IMG/VR virus record: IMGVR_UViG_3300042934_000463
Span: 1 to 58,447 of that record
Source: a virus
Taxonomy: Duplodnaviria > Caudoviricetes
Strand: one strand, 5' to 3'
DNA: 58,447 bases
Shown: piece by piece, positions 56,204 through 58,447 of the stretch
How positions within the stretch are numbered: the first letter of the stretch is position 1
Layout of the letters: the number at the start of each line of letters is the position of its first letter
The notes under the pieces: model-generated
Told to the model about the DNA's origin: nothing
The model's database searches: none
The model's input: only the letters and a program-made list of their open reading frames with translations
Translations under genes and position numbers: made by a program

Positions 56204-56468
56204 ATTCAGGCTTTTTATTAATTCCTTCCATTAATTGCTTAAAGATTTGGTTACCATAAACTGCCAATGCTGTAAGTAATATGGCTTGTATGACAGCCTC
56301 AACCACAAAGCCTATTATAAGGAAACAAAACATAATAGCTATTGCTAATAGTATGAAGGGGATTAACCAATCGGGAATCCTCTTTGTACCTTTTAACATT
56401 AAACCTATTACATAAATAACTAAGACAATAACTAATACCTCAGGTTTGATAAATTGCATAACATCCAT
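56202..56468 (-). CDS. Holin
   Basis: 88 aa, hydrophobic segments, IPDWLIP and YGNQIFKQ; follows the endolysin. Confidence 0.88.
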   Translation of the reverse strand: MDVMQFIKPEVLVIVLVIYVIGLMLKGTKRIPDWLIPFILLAIAIMFCFLIIGFVVEAVIQAILLTALAVYGNQIFKQLMEGINKKPE

Positions 56469-56488
56469 TTTTATATTCCTCCTTCAAA

Positions 56489-57430
56489 TTATATACTAAA
56501 TAATGCTCTAAGGGTTTTAGGTCCAGCTATTCCATCAACTGATAGACCTCTAGCTTGTTGGAATGATCTAATTGCTGCTATTGATTCATCCCCATACCAA
56601 CCATCTGCCCCAAATTGTGGTAATCTATACCCTAATTGTAAAAGCCTTTCTTGTACAACTTTCACAATTTGATTTTGAGTACCTTTTGTTAATAATACAT
56701 TGTCAAGTAATGACCATGATCTATCCCCTAAGAATCCATCAACTGCAAGTTTAGGACCATATACAGAGTTAGCAGCTTTTTGTAAGTTTTGAGCTACAAA
56801 ACCTTGAACAAAGAACTCCCATGTTTGTTTCTTAGCATTGATTACTTCCTCTGGTTTTCCTACAGGTGTAGTTACTGGTACATATGAAGCTCCAATATGT
56901 TTTAATATACCCATAGCAATAGCTGTACCAATAGCTTCTTGCTCCTCAATACTATCTAATATAAATCTATCATCACTATCTACAAAACCTGGTTCAACTA
57001 TAACAGCAGTCATTCTTGTCTCTCTGATTACACCAAAATAGTCTCCATTTTGACCTGCTTTAGTATATGCTCTTCTAAGGTTTTGACCAGTAGTATCTCT
57101 GATACTATCAAGTATTGAATTAGATAAAGCTTGACCTTCTCCAGGATGGATACTATATATAGCCTCAGCACCATCTCCACCACCACCATTGTAGTGATCT
57201 GATATGAAATAATCTGCTCCCCATTCATTTGCCATTCTTGCTCTTTCATTTATATCCACATATACATCTGATTCTCTGGTTAATTTAACTATTTGGCCAT
57301 TAGCTTCTAATACTGCTTTTGCCTTTCTAGTAGTTACCATAACCATGTTCTTTTCTACTAAACCATTAGCTACTACCCCTGGATCGCTTCCACCATGTCC
57401 TGGATCCATCATAATTTTCTTTTGAATCAT
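56489..57430 (-). CDS. Endolysin: N-acetylmuramoyl-L-alanine amidase (Amidase_3) with PG-binding domains
   Basis: DPGHGG.DPG, EK, H.N and VE.GF zinc-amidase motifs; ADGWYG and VDGIAGPKT PG_binding_1 motifs. Confidence 0.95.
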   Translation of the reverse strand: MIQKKIMMDPGHGGSDPGVVANGLVEKNMVMVTTRKAKAVLEANGQIVKLTRESDVYVDINERARMANEWGADYFISDHYNGGGGDGAEAIYSIHPGEGQALSNSILDSIRDTTGQNLRRAYTKAGQNGDYFGVIRETRMTAVIVEPGFVDSDDRFILDSIEEQEAIGTAIAMGILKHIGASYVPVTTPVGKPEEVINAKKQTWEFFVQGFVAQNLQKAANSVYGPKLAVDGFLGDRSWSLLDNVLLTKGTQNQIVKVVQERLLQLGYRLPQFGADGWYGDESIAAIRSFQQARGLSVDGIAGPKTLRALFSI

Positions 57431-57443
57431 TAATAATCCCTCC

Positions 57444-57788
57444 TTAAGGTTTTATACCTTGATATACTTTTAATGCATCGCTAAGATTAAGACCTATAGC
57501 TGCAATTATAACTAAAAATAGTAATGCTACACCTGATTTAATTAAAAACTTTCCTATGTCACTTTCATACCAGACCTTCTTTTTCACATCATTCTTAGGT
57601 GTTAATGCCTGTAAATTTTGTAAAAGAAGCTCTTGGGTTTTAGCCTGTTGTTCTTGTATTGCGATTACACTGTAAACCAATTTAGACAACTCCTTCAATT
57701 CGTTACTGTGGCCATTGAGCCTCCTCTCAGTTCTATCTTGCTCTTTCTTTATATTCTCATGTCTTTCATTACATAAACCTTCAGCCAT
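57444..57788 (-). CDS. XhlA/BhlA-like lysis-module membrane protein
   Basis: Coiled coil plus C-terminal TM segment upstream of the endolysin; start uncertain. Confidence 0.62.
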   Translation of the reverse strand: MAEGLCNERHENIKKEQDRTERRLNGHSNELKELSKLVYSVIAIQEQQAKTQELLLQNLQALTPKNDVKKKVWYESDIGKFLIKSGVALLFLVIIAAIGLNLSDALKVYQGIKP

Positions 57789-57842
57789 AGTTGAGTACCC
57801 TTTTTCTTTCATAAGATTAGGGCTCATAAAGAGCCCCTTCAA

Positions 57843-57992
57843 TTAATTAATAGGTTCAACAGGTAATGGGTTTCCATTGCCATCTAAACCTAATGCAGTT
57901 AGCTCTGCTAATACTGCTTCTCTTAGGTTCACAGGAACTTGTTCTATAGTTCTTCTGTGATTAACTATTAAAGCCACATATACAGCTACCAT
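57843..57992 (-). CDS. XkdX/CD1375-like small tail-associated protein (49 aa, absent from the ORF track)
   Basis: MVAVYVALIVNHRRTIEQVPVNLREAV...; AAGGAGGTG RBS. Confidence 0.8.
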   Translation of the reverse strand: MVAVYVALIVNHRRTIEQVPVNLREAVLAELTALGLDGNGNPLPVEPIN

Positions 57993-58004
57993 AATATCAC
58001 CTCC

Positions 58005-58352
58005 TTACATTAAATTATTAGCTAATAAAATTTCATACATTTGGGCCATAGCATCCATGGTATTAATAAGCATTTCTCTGGTTTCCTCAAGTTCCATTTC
58101 TATAGCAGACTTGGGTAATTCTGAGACCTGCATAGGAACCTCATCAAACATAACTATATCCTCTACAGTATACACCTCATCCTTGTCAATATAATAGCTA
58201 TTCAATTTAAACTTGCCAGCTATTAGAATTTGATGTAATTCAGAGTCTATCTTTATAGACTCTTTGGGTAGGTCTTTATACAATTCTAACATATCAAGGG
58301 GATAAAAACCTCCCAGTGTTTTATCTTCTCTAATTGCAGCTAAAAATGTCAT
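58005..58352 (-). CDS. Tail fibre assembly / XkdW-like protein
   Basis: Directly downstream of the tail fibre across the junction; start MTFLAA behind AAGGAGG; ends DAMAQMYE. Confidence 0.65.
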   Translation of the reverse strand: MTFLAAIREDKTLGGFYPLDMLELYKDLPKESIKIDSELHQILIAGKFKLNSYYIDKDEVYTVEDIVMFDEVPMQVSELPKSAIEMELEETREMLINTMDAMAQMYEILLANNLM

Positions 58353-58447
58353 TTTTTTATACCTCCTTAATATCCTATTGCAAGCCAATTAACTGTGATA
58401 GGGTTATTATTATCAGTTCTTCTAGCGTAAAGATCAAAATTAGATAT
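58321..58447. repeat. Terminal overlap, identical to 1..127
   Basis: Exact sequence identity with the window start. Confidence 0.95.

Noticed and set aside
58321-58447. 127-bp end repeat as a biological direct terminal repeat
   Set aside because: The length matches a common assembly k-mer and it cuts through coding sequence; best explained as circular-contig overlap

Overview
The window is an apparently complete, circularly assembled AT-rich tailed phage genome of about 58,320 bp; bases 58321-58447 repeat bases 1-127 exactly. The host is probably a Bacillota member, likely Clostridia-like, inferred from sigmaA-type promoters, strong GGAGG/GGAGAG RBSs, PBSX/Xkd-type virion genes and an Amidase_3 endolysin. 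The minus strand (about 56.2 kb through the junction to 23.4 kb) holds a PBSX-like contractile-tail morphogenesis and lysis module with a 1549-aa tail fibre. The 23.6-40 kb region holds many small accessory or early genes, often as single-gene cassettes with their own promoter, plus a non-coding region at 31.4-32.0 kb dense in DnaA-box-like 9-mers at the main strand switch. The plus strand (40-56 kb) holds the replication module: primase-helicase, UDG-fused PolA, Cas4-like exonuclease, Sak4-like ATPase, SSB, ThyX-like protein, VRR-NUC and SNF2 helicase. The most notable element is a nucleotide cluster (dNMP kinase, dCTPase/dUTPase-like enzyme and two thymidylate-synthase-fold paralogs that both carry the dCMP-specifying Asp), which suggests a cytosine-substitution system, possibly using a heterodimeric enzyme. 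Also notable are a 56-bp inverted element shared by the putative origin and the portal promoter, a four-member 'ARRILR...W' DNA-binding family, a protein ending in an SSB-tail-like DDIPF and a CpG-rich long hairpin in a CpG-poor genome. No integrase, repressor, ParA, tRNA, CRISPR array or reverse transcriptase was recognised. All assignments come from reading motifs by eye; no database searches were run.
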